From NCBI GenBank assembly GCA_963850905.1, contig CAWKMU010000004.1, positions 32,001 to 96,000 on the forward strand: 64,000 nucleotides of DNA, given 5' to 3'. A program made the position numbers and the translations under genes. Origin of the DNA: an uncultured Gemmatimonadales bacterium (GTDB lineage Bacteria > Gemmatimonadota > Gemmatimonadetes > Gemmatimonadales > Gemmatimonadaceae). Below the pieces are notes generated by a model that saw only the letters and a list, made by a program, of their open reading frames with translations, was not told the DNA's origin and made no database searches. This document shows positions 48,572 through 60,100 of the stretch, piece after piece; the first letter of the stretch is position 1, and each line of letters opens with the position of its first letter.

Positions 48572-49258
48572 ATGGCAGAGCCCCTGACACCGACTGAGCG
48601 ACGCGTCTACCACTATCTGCTGGACTTCCTCACCGAGAATACTTACCAGCCGAGTATCCGGGAGATCGGTAAACGGTTTCGAATCAAGTCGACGAAGACC
48701 GTGTCCGACATCCTGCAAGCGCTCGCCGAGAAAGGCTACATCGAGCGCGACCCGTCCCGCTCGCGAGGCGTTCGCCTGTTGGGCTTTGCCGCGACCTCGC
48801 GCATTCAGCCGATCCCGATCTATGCGCGAATCGCCCCCAGCGAGCCTGCGCTCGCGGCCGAGCACCGCCAAGGCTTCTTGACAGTCGACCGCCGATTCGT
48901 GCCGGGCGACGATGTCTTCGCACTGCGGATCAGAGGCAATGGCATGGAAGGACGAGGCATCCTGGACGGAGACTTCGTCCTCGTAAACCCGTCGGCCCGT
49001 GCCCGCGACGGCGAAATCGTCGCCGCCCGGATCGGTGAAGACACAACCGTCAAGACGCTGACGCACCGCGGCGCCGCAATCGTGCTCGAGCCGGCAAGCA
49101 CGAACGATCGCGAAATCACCGTGGGACCGCAGGACAATTTCGCGGTGCTCGGAGTGGTCTGCGGCGTCTTCCGTCCATTCCACGACGGCCATGGCGAAAG
49201 CGAAGTCCTCGGTTTGGCGGGATCGGAACTGGAACCGGAAGAAGCTGTGGGGGCTTGA
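48572..49258 (+). CDS. lexA: LexA-family repressor with substituted autocleavage residues
   Basis: LTPTERRVY..L, PSIREIG, LAEKGYIER..SRSRGV; S24 domain GILDGD, TVK. Confidence 0.9.
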   Translation: MAEPLTPTERRVYHYLLDFLTENTYQPSIREIGKRFRIKSTKTVSDILQALAEKGYIERDPSRSRGVRLLGFAATSRIQPIPIYARIAPSEPALAAEHRQGFLTVDRRFVPGDDVFALRIRGNGMEGRGILDGDFVLVNPSARARDGEIVAARIGEDTTVKTLTHRGAAIVLEPASTNDREITVGPQDNFAVLGVVCGVFRPFHDGHGESEVLGLAGSELEPEEAVGA

Positions 49259-49380
49259 CGGCGGGTTTGGGGTTTGGGGTTTGGGGTCAGGAACAAATAA
49301 GTGGGCCAGTCACATTGCGCCGTGACTGGCCCTCTGTATCTGTTGCAGTTACCCGAAACCCCAGACCCCAGACCCGCCGT
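49258..49380. repeat. Long hairpin with heptamer-repeat arms (TTTGGGG/CCCCAGA) and a central palindrome
   Basis: ACGGCGGG(TTTGGGG)x3 ... GGGCCAGTCAC/GTGACTGGCCC ... (CCCCAGA)x2 CCCGCCGT, between convergent genes. Confidence 0.75.
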
Positions 49381-49384
49381 TCGG

Positions 49385-50294
49385 CTACTGCGTAGGCGGC
49401 GGGCTTCCCTGCTGCTGGGCCACGGTGGGCGGCGGCTGCGGCTGGTCCTTCTTCTGTTGCTGCTGCTGGTGCTCGCGCTCCTTGCGGAGCCGCTCCTCTT
49501 TCACCGCCTTGTGAAACTCCTCGTCGTCCAGCTGCTTGTTGCGCTGGAAGGCGATATCGGCCGAGCGATAGTTAATAGCCCGGTTGTTCGCCGCGGCGAT
49601 CGGATTGTCGTTGAGCATGTTGAGCGGCAGCGCGGCCAGGATGGCGTTCGGGATCGCAATCGGGCCCAGGTGGATGTACTGCTGGTCCATCCCCCACTTC
49701 TTGCCGCCGATCGTCTTGGTCCAGTCGCCGGGCTGACGCGTCGGGCCCAACGCCATCACTGAGTCGTTGTAGTGGCCCGGTAATGGCATGCGCCGCGCTG
49801 TCGAGTCGCTCATTGGAGGTCAGCTGGCGCTCGCCAGTGCCAGGGGGCGCCGGGGGCACATACACCCCAGGCCCATGATACTCGAACCGAGCCCCTGCGC
49901 CCGGGCCCCCCGTCGCGGCCACTGGACCTACACCCTGTACCTCGGCTGGCGGCGCGGCCTTGGTCGGCGGGGCCGGAGGAAGAACTGTCGGCACTGTCGT
50001 TGGCGGCGCCACCAGGGTCGGCCCTGCCGGCGGCGGGGTCACATGCGCCGCTTGCGGCGCGGCACGCCCGGCGGCCGGCGGTGGACTTGGCGGTAGGGCC
50101 ACGTACCGCAGATGCTCAACCTGAGGCCGCGACGCTTTGGAGAAGTGCAGCCAGCCGCCCAAGGCGTTGGGCATGAGCAACACACGAATCAGCCCCGCAC
50201 CCACCAGCACGTGCAGAGCGATCGAGACAGCGAGCGCCCGACGGGATTCCCGTCGATTCTTACCCCCTGTCCTGCTCTGCGCCGTCAAATCCAT
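49385..50294 (-). pseudogene. Membrane-anchored Pro-rich (TonB-N-like) hypothetical protein, +1 frameshift at about 49774
   Basis: SIALHVL anchor and Pro-rich linker in one frame; YNDSV...GDWT..GGKKWGMD in another; deleting one base joins them. Confidence 0.7.
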
Positions 50295-50300
50295 AGAGGG

Positions 50301-51485
50301 CTATGCAACTGGGTCAGCGAATGCTGCGAGAACCTGCCCCGCACGCCCGGCGGCGGCTTGGAGCCGCTCCGGGGACACTATGAAGGATACACGAAAGAAC
50401 CCTTCTCCGCCCGCCCCAAATCCCGACCCCGGCATGACGATCACGCCGGCCTCGTCCATGAGGCGTTCCGCAAACGCCGCGCTCGGGATCCCTTCGGGTA
50501 ATTCGGCCCAAAGATACATCGTGGCCTTGGGTGTCTCGCAAGCGAACCCCGCATTGCGGAACGCCGCCACAGCCGCGTCGCGGCGCTCCCGGAACGTCGC
50601 GACGTTGCGGGGGACGAACTCGCGCCAACTCTCGATCGCCGCCACCGCGGCGGCTTGCACCGCCATGAACTGGCCGGTGTCGACAAACGACTTGACCTGG
50701 GCGAGCGCCCCACAAATCTCTGGTCTCGCCACGGCCCAGCCGCAGCGCCAGCCGGTCATGTTGTAGGTCTTCGACACCGAATGAAACTCGACGGCGACGT
50801 CGCGCGCGCCGTCGATCTCGAAGATGCTCGGCGGCACGTACCCGTCGTAGGCAAGCTCCGAGTACGCATTGTCGTACACGAGCAGGATGTCGAGCTCGCG
50901 GCACCGGCGAACGACGCGCTCGAGGTAGTCGCGCGGCGCCGTCGCTGCCGTCGGATTGTTCGGATAGTTGAGATACAGCAGCTTGGTGCGTCGCAGCACC
51001 TCGGCCGGGATGTCATCGAGGTCGACGAGAAACTGTGTCCTCGGTCGCAGGGCGTACCGATACGGCGAGCCACCGCTCAACAGCGACCCGCCTGCATATG
51101 CGGCGTACCCCGGCTCTGGCACAATCGTGACATCGCCAGGATTCACGTACGCAAGGGCCAGGTGCGACAGCCCTTCCTTCGATCCGATGAGCGGCACGAT
51201 TTCGCGCAAGGGATCGAACGTCATTCCAAACCGCGTCCGCATCCACGCCGATACAGCCTCGCGAAAATCCACGAGCCCGAGCCCGAAGCCATAGCGGTTG
51301 TACGCGGGAATGCGTGCGGATCGCGCGAGGGCTTCGACCGCGGCGGCTGGCGGTGCGAGGTCGGCGTCCCCGGCACCGAGGTCGATCACATCGACCCCAC
51401 GCGCGAGCAACGCCCGCTTCCGCTGCGGAATCGCGGCGAGCGGATACTCCGGCAGCGTAGCGATACGGGCCGCCAGCGGTAGCAT
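50301..51485 (-). CDS. Class I/II PLP aminotransferase (LL-DAP aminotransferase-like)
   Basis: GSKEG, LNYPNNPT, DNAYSE, SVSKTYNMTGWRCG. Confidence 0.92.
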   Translation of the reverse strand: MLPLAARIATLPEYPLAAIPQRKRALLARGVDVIDLGAGDADLAPPAAAVEALARSARIPAYNRYGFGLGLVDFREAVSAWMRTRFGMTFDPLREIVPLIGSKEGLSHLALAYVNPGDVTIVPEPGYAAYAGGSLLSGGSPYRYALRPRTQFLVDLDDIPAEVLRRTKLLYLNYPNNPTAATAPRDYLERVVRRCRELDILLVYDNAYSELAYDGYVPPSIFEIDGARDVAVEFHSVSKTYNMTGWRCGWAVARPEICGALAQVKSFVDTGQFMAVQAAAVAAIESWREFVPRNVATFRERRDAAVAAFRNAGFACETPKATMYLWAELPEGIPSAAFAERLMDEAGVIVMPGSGFGAGGEGFFRVSFIVSPERLQAAAGRAGQVLAAFADPVA

Positions 51486-51492
51486 ACCGGTG

Positions 51493-52125
51493 TTACTCCC
51501 CATTGACAACCGGGTTCCCAACCCGGCTCAGCGCGCGACCATCGCTGCCCTCGACCGTGACCTCGACTTGATCCCCGGCGGCAAGCGCCGCCGTCCCGGA
51601 CGGCGTGCCCGTGGCCACGACGTCACCGGGTTCGAGTGTCATCACCGACGAGATGAACGCCACGAGGCGCGGAATCGAGAAGACCATCGTGTCCGCGCGC
51701 GCGCGCTGACGTTCGACGCCGTTGACCCTCGTGACGACCGACAACGCTCCCCAATCCCCGACGTACGCCTGTTCGGGACCGATCGGACCGAACGTGTCGA
51801 AGCCCTTGGCCCGCGTCCACTGACCCTCCGCCTTCTGGATGTCGCGAGCCGTGACATCGTTGAACGCGACCACACCCCGTACCGCGCGCGCCGCGTCCCG
51901 CTCCGACAGGTGCCGCACGCGGCTCCCAATCACGATGCCGATCTCGCCTTCGAATTCGACACGAGACGACGCAGAAGGCAGGAGAATGGGCGCACCATCG
52001 GCCAGAATGCTGGACGGCGGCTTGAGGAAGATGAGTGGAGACGTTGGCACATCATTGCCCAGCTCTGTTGCATGCGCCGCATAGTTGCGGCCCACGCCGA
52101 CGATCTTGGAGGGGCGCTGTGTCAT
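51493..52125 (-). CDS. Fumarylacetoacetate hydrolase-family protein
   Basis: KIVGVGRNY, FEGE, NDVTARD, KGFDTF, TGTPSG. Confidence 0.93.
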   Translation of the reverse strand: MTQRPSKIVGVGRNYAAHATELGNDVPTSPLIFLKPPSSILADGAPILLPSASSRVEFEGEIGIVIGSRVRHLSERDAARAVRGVVAFNDVTARDIQKAEGQWTRAKGFDTFGPIGPEQAYVGDWGALSVVTRVNGVERQRARADTMVFSIPRLVAFISSVMTLEPGDVVATGTPSGTAALAAGDQVEVTVEGSDGRALSRVGNPVVNGE

Positions 52126-54428
52126 AGGGTGCGGGGTTCCGAGTGGAAGAACGACTCGACGTGATGGCGCACAACCGGCCAGGGCCCAATCATACGTCGC
52201 GCCGGCGGGAGCGCATCGAGCATGCCGCGGCCATACGCCTTGGTGACGACGCGCGGATCGGCGATGACCACCACGCCGCGGTCGGACGCCGACCGGATCA
52301 ACCGGCCGAATCCCTGATTGAGGCGCAAGGACGCCTGCGGCAGCATGTACTCGACGAAAGGATCGCCACCGCGCGCCACGATGCGCTCGCACTGCGCCGC
52401 CGTCACCGGTTCAGTCGGTACGCGAAACGGCAACCGGGCGATCACCAACGCCCGCAGGGCGCGTCCCGGCACATCGACGCCTTCCCAGAACGACGCTGTG
52501 CCGAGCAGCACCGCGTCCCCCGATGCGCGAAAGCGCCGCAGCAGGACGTCACGCGGCCCGTCTCCGTGCACGAGGAGGTCCGGTACCACATCATCACTGT
52601 CCCGCCGCAACCCGTCCGCCAGCGCCCGCACATCACGATGACTCGTTACGAGTACGAACACTCCCCCGCCGGCAGCCCGCACCACATCTCGCACGATGCC
52701 CATCACCGCCGCCGCATGCGCGGCCTGGTCGAGGTTCGGAGCCGGCACGTCGGTCGGAATGGCCAACAGTGCCTGTCGCGGATAGTCGAATGGGGAGGCA
52801 TACCGCGCCGTTCGCAACGCGAGCTCCGGGGCGTCGACGCCAAGTCGCGAGGCGAGGAAATCGAATCGTCCCTCCGCCGCCAGCGTCGCGCTCGTCACGA
52901 TCGCGGTTTCGACCCGGGAGAACAGATCCTGGCGCAGGATGGGAGCGAGATCGAGTGGTACGGCACAGACGGCAATGTTGCCCGCACGTCGATCTCCCGC
53001 CGCCCCTTCGCGATCACCGGCCGCGCGGCGTCGTTCGAGCCACCGGACCGCCGGCTCACTGTCTGGCGAGGGGGCGAGGCTCTCGCACAGGGCACTCGCC
53101 GCCGTCGAGAGCCGGCGTCCGACCCCGCGCAGCTCGTTGAGCGTCCGTCCGAGTGCCTCGTCCTGCAGCTCCTCATCGGCATGTCGTCCCTGGATGATCC
53201 GCAGACCGTCGTCGAGCGCGGTGACATCCCGCAGCAGCAACTCGAGGAGGCTCCCCAGACCAGCGGCCCACACCGGGTGCGTGGCAAAGCTGTCATCGAG
53301 GCGCAGCTGCGGGGTACCGGTCTCGGCGAGCAATGCGGTCAGCAGATCGAAGACGAGCTCACTCCGCTCTCGGACTGCGCTGGTCGCTGGAAGGAGCGTA
53401 TCGTGTACGAGATCAATGCTGGCCGCCGACAGCAGGTCGTCGATCCCGCGTAAACCCGCCAGAAGACGGGTCAATAGTCCCTTGCCTCCACGCCGGTCCA
53501 GACGAGCCATCAGGCGCTGCCATGCACGCCGCGTGACCGTCGCGCCGAGATGGGCGCCCGCAGCCTCCTCGAGATGATGACCTTCATCGACCACGAGCCG
53601 CCCGTATGCCGGGATCACAGCGGCCTCGTGCCAGTTGTGTTGCACGCGGCGCACGGCGACATCCGACATGAGCAGGTGATGGTTGACGACGACCACGTCC
53701 GCCTGGGCCGCCGCGCGCCGCGCTCGAAACACGAAGCACTGGTCGTAGTGCGGACACCGCTGCCGTCCACAGAGATCCGGCTCCGCCGCCACCTCATCCC
53801 AGACTTCCGCCCGCGGCGGATGAGGCGCGTCCGTGAGTGAACCGTCCGTCGTCTGCCGCGACCACGTCACCAGCGCTCTCAACTCCCGGTCCTGAGCGGC
53901 GTCGAAGAGCGCCGATGCTCCTGCAACGGCGTGCTCGAGTCGATGGAGGCAGACGTAGTTGCGCCATCCCTTGAGTAGCGCGAATCGGACCGGCTGGTCC
54001 TGCAACGCCGAGGCGAGGAGTGGCAGGTCCTTGCCGACCAGTTGCTCCTGCAGATTGATGGTGTTGGTGGACACCACCGTGCGCTGACCGGACAGAGCCG
54101 CCCAGCGAAGCGCCGGCACGAGGTACGCGAGCGACTTCCCTACTCCGGTACCCGCCTCCAGCAGGGCCACACCGCCGGTGTTGTACAAGTCGGTAACTGC
54201 CGTCGCCATGTCCCGCTGACCCGCCCGGTCCTCATACCCGGTTGCCGCGCTCGACTCCGCGAGCGCGAGCGCGACCGGACCGCCTGGTCCGAGATCACGA
54301 GCGACGGCGTCGGCATCGAGGGGGGCAGTCGCCCCGTCGCCGGCGTTGGCATCTCGGAGTCGGTTCGTGGTGTAGTGCCGCTGACACCTGATCCCCGCCC
54401 CCTGATCCCGCCGTGTGTCCAGGCGCAA
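52122..54428 (-). CDS. DinG-family ATP-dependent helicase
   Basis: EAGTGVGKS, Fe-S Cys residues, DEGH, SATL, FWEGVD, QGFGRLIR; start uncertain. Confidence 0.93.
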   Translation of the reverse strand: MRLDTRRDQGAGIRCQRHYTTNRLRDANAGDGATAPLDADAVARDLGPGGPVALALAESSAATGYEDRAGQRDMATAVTDLYNTGGVALLEAGTGVGKSLAYLVPALRWAALSGQRTVVSTNTINLQEQLVGKDLPLLASALQDQPVRFALLKGWRNYVCLHRLEHAVAGASALFDAAQDRELRALVTWSRQTTDGSLTDAPHPPRAEVWDEVAAEPDLCGRQRCPHYDQCFVFRARRAAAQADVVVVNHHLLMSDVAVRRVQHNWHEAAVIPAYGRLVVDEGHHLEEAAGAHLGATVTRRAWQRLMARLDRRGGKGLLTRLLAGLRGIDDLLSAASIDLVHDTLLPATSAVRERSELVFDLLTALLAETGTPQLRLDDSFATHPVWAAGLGSLLELLLRDVTALDDGLRIIQGRHADEELQDEALGRTLNELRGVGRRLSTAASALCESLAPSPDSEPAVRWLERRRAAGDREGAAGDRRAGNIAVCAVPLDLAPILRQDLFSRVETAIVTSATLAAEGRFDFLASRLGVDAPELALRTARYASPFDYPRQALLAIPTDVPAPNLDQAAHAAAVMGIVRDVVRAAGGGVFVLVTSHRDVRALADGLRRDSDDVVPDLLVHGDGPRDVLLRRFRASGDAVLLGTASFWEGVDVPGRALRALVIARLPFRVPTEPVTAAQCERIVARGGDPFVEYMLPQASLRLNQGFGRLIRSASDRGVVVIADPRVVTKAYGRGMLDALPPARRMIGPWPVVRHHVESFFHSEPRTL

Positions 54429-54434
54429 ATGCGA

Positions 54435-55745
54435 TCACGTCTTGAGTGGCTTCTTCTTCGCGGCCGGGAAAAGCACGTTGTTGAGAATGAGACGGTACCC
54501 GGGAGAGTTGGGGTGCAACGCCAGGTCGGTCGGCGCATTGCCGACCGCATGCTGCGCGTCTTCGGGATCATGCCCGCCCAGGAACGTCCACGACCCCTTG
54601 CCGTAGTCCCCGTGAATGTATTTCACCCACGGCGCGCCTTCCTCGTAGCCGAGCACGACGTCCGTTGGCTTGAGCGTCGACTTGGTAAAGCTGGTCGTCA
54701 CGCCGTAGAAGTCCGGGATCACCGTTCGGTGATTCTGCACGAGCATCGATGCAACCGGGTCGAACTTGGCTGCAAAGGCAAAGAGGGTCACTTCGCCTAG
54801 TGGCTGTTTTCGCGAGGGCACATTCACCTGGTGGCCGTCGATGTCGCTCATCGAGTTGACGTTCGGGGACATCTCGAGGTGCGCCCCGCGGAAGGCGAAC
54901 GCCCGCGACCAGTCCATCTTCGCATCGGCCTCGGGGTCCATCGGGGTCCCGTCCGAGAACGCGCCCGCAATGTCGACGCTGTGCGCCGCGTTCGCGAGAT
55001 CCAACGTCTCGGTCGCACCGCACATCGCGAACAGCAGGCCGCCCCGGTCGACGAACATCCGGATGCCGTTGGCGACTTCCTTCTTGAGCGCTGGCACATT
55101 CGGGAAGCCGTGACGGCTGGCCGTCTCCGAGTCGCGCATCACCTGCTCCGTGAACCACCTCGCTCCGCGATAGTTCAGGTACAGCTTGTTGAACTGGCCC
55201 GTGAAGTCCTCGTGGTGCAGGTGCACCCAGTCGTATCGCGACAGGTTGCCCCCCAGGATGTCATCGTCCCAGATCTGCGTAAACGGGATCCCGGCATACT
55301 GCACGGCCAGCGTCACCGCGTCGTCCCACGGCGGCGAGGTCGGAGGTTTGTAGATCGCGACGGTCGGGGCCTTCTCGAGCGGGATGGAATCCATGTTCGC
55401 GCCCGCGATCTCGCTCCGGATCGCGGCAACCGCCCCGTCGTCTATCGAAGTCAGCGTGACGCCATCGAGTGCACTTCGCCGCCGGATCTCCGGCGTGTCC
55501 GGAAGCAGGAATGAGCCGCCCCGATAGTTCAGCAGCCATTCGCCGCGCGCCCCATCGTGCAGGGCGTTGTAGACCAGCCCATACGCCTTGAGGTGGTTCT
55601 GCTGATCGTCATCCATCGGGACCAGCAGATGCCCATCTAACGCGCCGCCCGCAGTCTTCGTCCATCCGCGGGCGCTGATCAACGCCGCCGCCGATGTGAC
55701 GAGAAACTGCCGGCGTGTGACGTCAGGAATCTTCGGATCGGTCAT
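54435..55745 (-). CDS. Conserved exported protein with Tat signal (class I GATase-like fold; family often labelled asparagine synthetase B)
   Basis: TRRQFL Tat motif, HLKAYG, PWDDAVT, LHHEDFTGQ, FAMC, GGHDPED. Confidence 0.75.
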   Translation of the reverse strand: MTDPKIPDVTRRQFLVTSAAALISARGWTKTAGGALDGHLLVPMDDDQQNHLKAYGLVYNALHDGARGEWLLNYRGGSFLLPDTPEIRRRSALDGVTLTSIDDGAVAAIRSEIAGANMDSIPLEKAPTVAIYKPPTSPPWDDAVTLAVQYAGIPFTQIWDDDILGGNLSRYDWVHLHHEDFTGQFNKLYLNYRGARWFTEQVMRDSETASRHGFPNVPALKKEVANGIRMFVDRGGLLFAMCGATETLDLANAAHSVDIAGAFSDGTPMDPEADAKMDWSRAFAFRGAHLEMSPNVNSMSDIDGHQVNVPSRKQPLGEVTLFAFAAKFDPVASMLVQNHRTVIPDFYGVTTSFTKSTLKPTDVVLGYEEGAPWVKYIHGDYGKGSWTFLGGHDPEDAQHAVGNAPTDLALHPNSPGYRLILNNVLFPAAKKKPLKT

Positions 55746-55755
55746 GCAGGGTCCA

Positions 55756-57027
55756 TCATGCAGTGGCTTTTGCCGCCTCGAGTTCCTGGCGCGCAATCGG
55801 CACGAGCGCGCTTTCGGGATAGGTGAGAATGAGGTGCTCCCAGCGGGCAATCGCGCCCGCGTTGTCCGCGCTCCGCCGCAGCGCTCGCCCCCACTCCAGA
55901 TCGGCCTCCGGCGCTTCCGGCGCGCTGGCGTACTGCTCGATGACCGTGCGCCAGAGCGGAATCGCGAGTGCGTCGTGATGCTGGGCGGCATGCAGCCGCG
56001 CCGCCGTCGCCAGCAGCAGTGGTGCCGCGTCCCGCACCACACTGCTCGCGGCCACGAATCGGTCGGCCGCTGCCGAGGTGTCGCCGCGCGCAAGCGAGAC
56101 GAACGCCTCACCGACGATCGGCGCGTTGTCCACGGCCGTCCGCGACAGGAGAAGCAGTGCGGTGAGAGCGTCAGGGGTGGTGTTCGACGGATGCTTGAGG
56201 TGATCGCGGGCAGACTTCAGGTCGCCGGCATACAGCGCCAGCCAGCCGCTCACCTCGGGATCGTCCGTAAGGCCAAACGTGGTCGCGGCCGCACGAGCGT
56301 GCGCGAGATCGCCGAGGCGTACGTACCCCCAGGCGATCTCTCGTTCGACCCGCACGCGCTCGTCGTCGCTCAGCAGGCGCCCTTCCTGGGCCACAGCCGA
56401 TTCCGCCTCACTCATCCGCCCGAGTCGGGCGAGCACCTTGACGCGGAGTGGCAAGAGTGTCGTCGCGATCGTCGCCGAATCGGTCGCGCCCGGCATCTGC
56501 GACGCCCGCTGCATCATCGACAGCGCCGTGGGAGCATCACCCGCCGCCAGCGCGGCGGCCGCCCCGTGCGCGGCCACATCAGCGCTCGGATGGACAGTCA
56601 GCGCGGCGGAATACGCGTCCTTTGCGACCGCTGGCGCGCCGGCGGCCCGCGCAGCATCCGCAAACTCCAGCCATGCCTCGGCAGTCGAGTCGTTGGGTGG
56701 AAGGGTTTGCAAGGCCGACCAGGCCTCGCGGGGCATTCCCCACCCGAGCTCCAGGTGCGCCATCGCGCGCCGCGCGCCCGGGGAGATCGGCGGGGTCATG
56801 AACGCCGCTGCGATGCCGGCTCGCGCGTCCGACGGCGCCGCCCGAAGGGTGTAGGCCGCGGCAACTGCGAGGTTCTGGTTGCGATCGAGCACGCGTCTCC
56901 AAGCCCTGGCCGACGTCGCCCACGCCCCACCCTCGGCCGCCACGTACGCCGTGTCGAGCACTTGATCCTGCGCGGACAACGGCGCGGGTGCCGTAAGGGA
57001 TGCGAGGAGAACGGCAGCGATCCCCAC
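55756..57027 (-). CDS. Tetratricopeptide-repeat exported protein
   Basis: Ala-rich helical repeats, APEAPEADLEWGR, HLILTYPESAL; start uncertain. Confidence 0.75.
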   Translation of the reverse strand: MGIAAVLLASLTAPAPLSAQDQVLDTAYVAAEGGAWATSARAWRRVLDRNQNLAVAAAYTLRAAPSDARAGIAAAFMTPPISPGARRAMAHLELGWGMPREAWSALQTLPPNDSTAEAWLEFADAARAAGAPAVAKDAYSAALTVHPSADVAAHGAAAALAAGDAPTALSMMQRASQMPGATDSATIATTLLPLRVKVLARLGRMSEAESAVAQEGRLLSDDERVRVEREIAWGYVRLGDLAHARAAATTFGLTDDPEVSGWLALYAGDLKSARDHLKHPSNTTPDALTALLLLSRTAVDNAPIVGEAFVSLARGDTSAAADRFVAASSVVRDAAPLLLATAARLHAAQHHDALAIPLWRTVIEQYASAPEAPEADLEWGRALRRSADNAGAIARWEHLILTYPESALVPIARQELEAAKATA

Positions 57028-57127
57028 AGCAGCGTACGCGTTCGAGCTGCCGAAAGCCGCCGACAGCGAGCCGCCGCCAGCCCTCGCGATGTCGGTCGCC
57101 CGGAACCCGTGACCCGGTAGCCGGCCG

Positions 57128-60100
57128 CTATGGCGACTGCGCATTGATCCGCTTGAAATACTCGAGCACGAGCTGTCGCTCGTCCGACGAGAGGCCGCGC
57201 AGCTCCGACCACGACGGCTGCTGGAAGCGCGCCGCTGGCCGACCGTCAACCGCGACGTCGGCCGGTGTGAACTGCTCTTTCCCCGTCGCCGACTGTGAAA
57301 CGCGCTTGCCCGTGCTGTCACGCTCATCCTGCTCGAGTGTGAAGCCGGCGTCCAGGAGCCGGTGATACAGCCGCTCCTGGCGAATCAGCGTTTGTTGATC
57401 GATCCCGGACCGCGAAAGGGCGTCGGCGATCTGATGGGCTTCATTCGCGAGGCCCTGCGCTCGACCGTTGACGTCATCGTCCCCGAGCCGGTCAAGCGCG
57501 TCAGCCAGCTTGCGCTCGCCCTCGGCAACGCCACGCGCATTTGGATTGACACCACCGCCCGGATTGTGACCACCAGGACTCATCGCCAGCCCTTGCGCCT
57601 GCGCGTTGATCGAGGCCTGGGCCTTCGCCAACTGCTGCATCTCTTGCAGCATCTCCGGAAGCCCCGACGCCGAGGTCGCAGAGGCGGCACGCTCGCGATC
57701 CTGCATCATCGCGGCTGCCGCTTGATTGAGCGCATCCGCCGCGGCGCGCATTGAAGCCGCAGTTTGGCCATTGTTGCCGGACTGGTCGCCGCTCGACGAG
57801 CCCGATTGGTTGGCCGTAGCGCCCGATGCCAATTGTTGCTCGGCCTGCTTCGTGGCGTTCTGCACCTGCGTGCGCGCCGCGCCCAGCGCCCGCTGGGAAT
57901 TCCCGGAGACGAGCGCGCTCTGTTTGCTCGCCTTCTGCATCCGCTCGGCAGTGCGCTCCGCACCTTGTTGCACCGCGCTCTGCCCCGCCTGCACGGCCTT
58001 CCGCTCGGACTGCTGTTGCGCCCCCTGCGCCTGTTGCGCCAGTTGGCTCTCCTGACGTGCGAGCTGCATCGCCTCCTGAATCGATTGATCGAGCTGCTGG
58101 GTCAGCGCATTCTTCCAGTCCTGAATCTGGGACTGGCGAGCCTGAGCCAACTGTTGCGCCGCGCGATCCATCTGGCTCGCCGCACTCGACGTCTGGCGTT
58201 GCGACATGTCCTGCGCGGACGAGTCGACGTGCTGACGGGCTGCGCCAACCTGCTGCGAGCCCGATTGCGCCTGCTGGTCTGCAAGCCAATGCGATAGTTG
58301 ATCGACGTCCTTCGACAGCGTGCGGGATCGCTCCGCGAGTTGTTCATCCGTCGACCGCTGCCCCGCGGCAGCCGACGCACGAGACTGCGACGGGTCCTGC
58401 GGACGAGCGCTGTCCTGCCGGGAGGGGTCGGGCGATGGTGACCCAGCATTCGCCTGCTGCTGCGGCTGTTGGCCCGGTCGGGATTGTCCGTCGCGGGACG
58501 CGTTCGTGGCGGTGCGGGCACTGTCGGGGCGCGCGTTCGCTAAGGTCTCGGAATCCGCGCGCGCCTGTGCCGCCGCCTGTGCAGCGGCTTGGGCCGCCGC
58601 TTGGGCCGCCGCCTGCTGTGCAGCGTTCGGTGGCGGCGTATTCGGACGGGACTCGGCGCGAGCGTGCTCCTCCTTGGCGATATCGCGCGCTTCATCGTGC
58701 AGCGTCTGCATGGCGCCCTCGAGGGCCGCGCGCTTCAGGATGTCGACGCTCCGGTCCAATTGCGCGCGCATCTGCTGCTCTTGCTGCGCCAACTGCTCGA
58801 GCGACTGTCGCGTGTCACCACTGCGGAGCGAGTCCGCGCTCTGGTCGAGTTTCGAGAGTTGGTCCCGCAACTCGGGCGTGAGCGCGTCGTTGAGGAGTTG
58901 CTGCGCTTGATGCAGCTCGGAAGCGAGCGCGCTGTCGAGCGCGCCGGCTTGCTTCAGCTGACGCTCGAGTTGCTGCGTCTGGCGCTGTAGCTGCTGGACT
59001 TTGTTGGCGAGGTCGCGCTGCTGGTTGGCAAGCGCCTTGGCGCGTTCCGCGGTCTCGTAGGACATGGCGGTGTGCGCCGGGGAGGAGGTCGAGGAGGTGC
59101 CGTTGGTCCCACCACTCCTCGCTCCCCGGGCACGCGAAGCTTCTTCTGTCCGTTGCTCGAGTTGTCGCTCGGCCGCAGCCGTCGCCGTCGCCGCCGACAC
59201 TGCGGAGTCGGCCGACGTGCGGGCGATGACCCGTTCCTCGCTCAACGACGGCACCCGGAGGAGCCGCTCCTGGCTGACCGACGTCTGATGCCAGGGGGAG
59301 CCGTCGGTCGCCTCGGCCACGATATGGATTGCATCGCCGGGTTGCAGGCCGCGCCCCGTGAGGTCGAGCGCCACAATCCCGGACCACTGCGCGACCGCAC
59401 TATCGCTCACCGGCAGCACGACCGGTGCGAGTGTCTCACCCGAGGCGCTCGTGCGCCAGCTGCGCAGCTGCACCAGCGCGAGCGCGTGATCGTCCAATGC
59501 GGCAATAGCCACCGGAATGCGATCACCGATCGTAATGGTCGTGTCATGCGACGGACCGACGATCTCGACGTGCGGCGCGGAGTCGGGGATCACGTCGACG
59601 TCGAGCGCCGGCGGCACGTCAGCGATGGGGCCTGATTCGGCCGCAGCATGCCACGTCCACTGACCCCCAGGCAGCTCGGCGAGCAAGTGCCCCGTGAAGT
59701 GACGGCCGTTCGGCTGCAAGACCGCCGAATCGCGGCCCCGCACCAGTGCAACGCTCGCCAGCGTGGCAGACGCCTCCCCGACGATCTCGATCCGTGTCCC
59801 ACGAGGGACGCGCGCGACCTCGCCGGCCGCCAGCGGCTCATCCGGCCAATGGAGGTACGTCGGGTAGACCGCTCGCAATGCTAATCCGCCGACAAAAGGA
59901 CGATCACTGGCCCTGACTACGACCGTGTCGCTCGTGGCGCGCCCGTCTGTTGCAACCACCACCATCTCGGCGGCGACCGGTCCAGTGCTCAAATCGACAT
60001 GCCCGCGCACGACGGGGTACCAGCCGTGCGTCCACGAGGCTCCAGTCGCTCGGGTTGACACGCGGAGCCGACTGCGCCCTTCCGCGAGGATGTGCACTCG

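Noticed and set aside
54435..55745. Asparagine synthetase B
   Set aside because: No N-terminal Ntn Cys or synthetase motifs, and it carries a Tat signal
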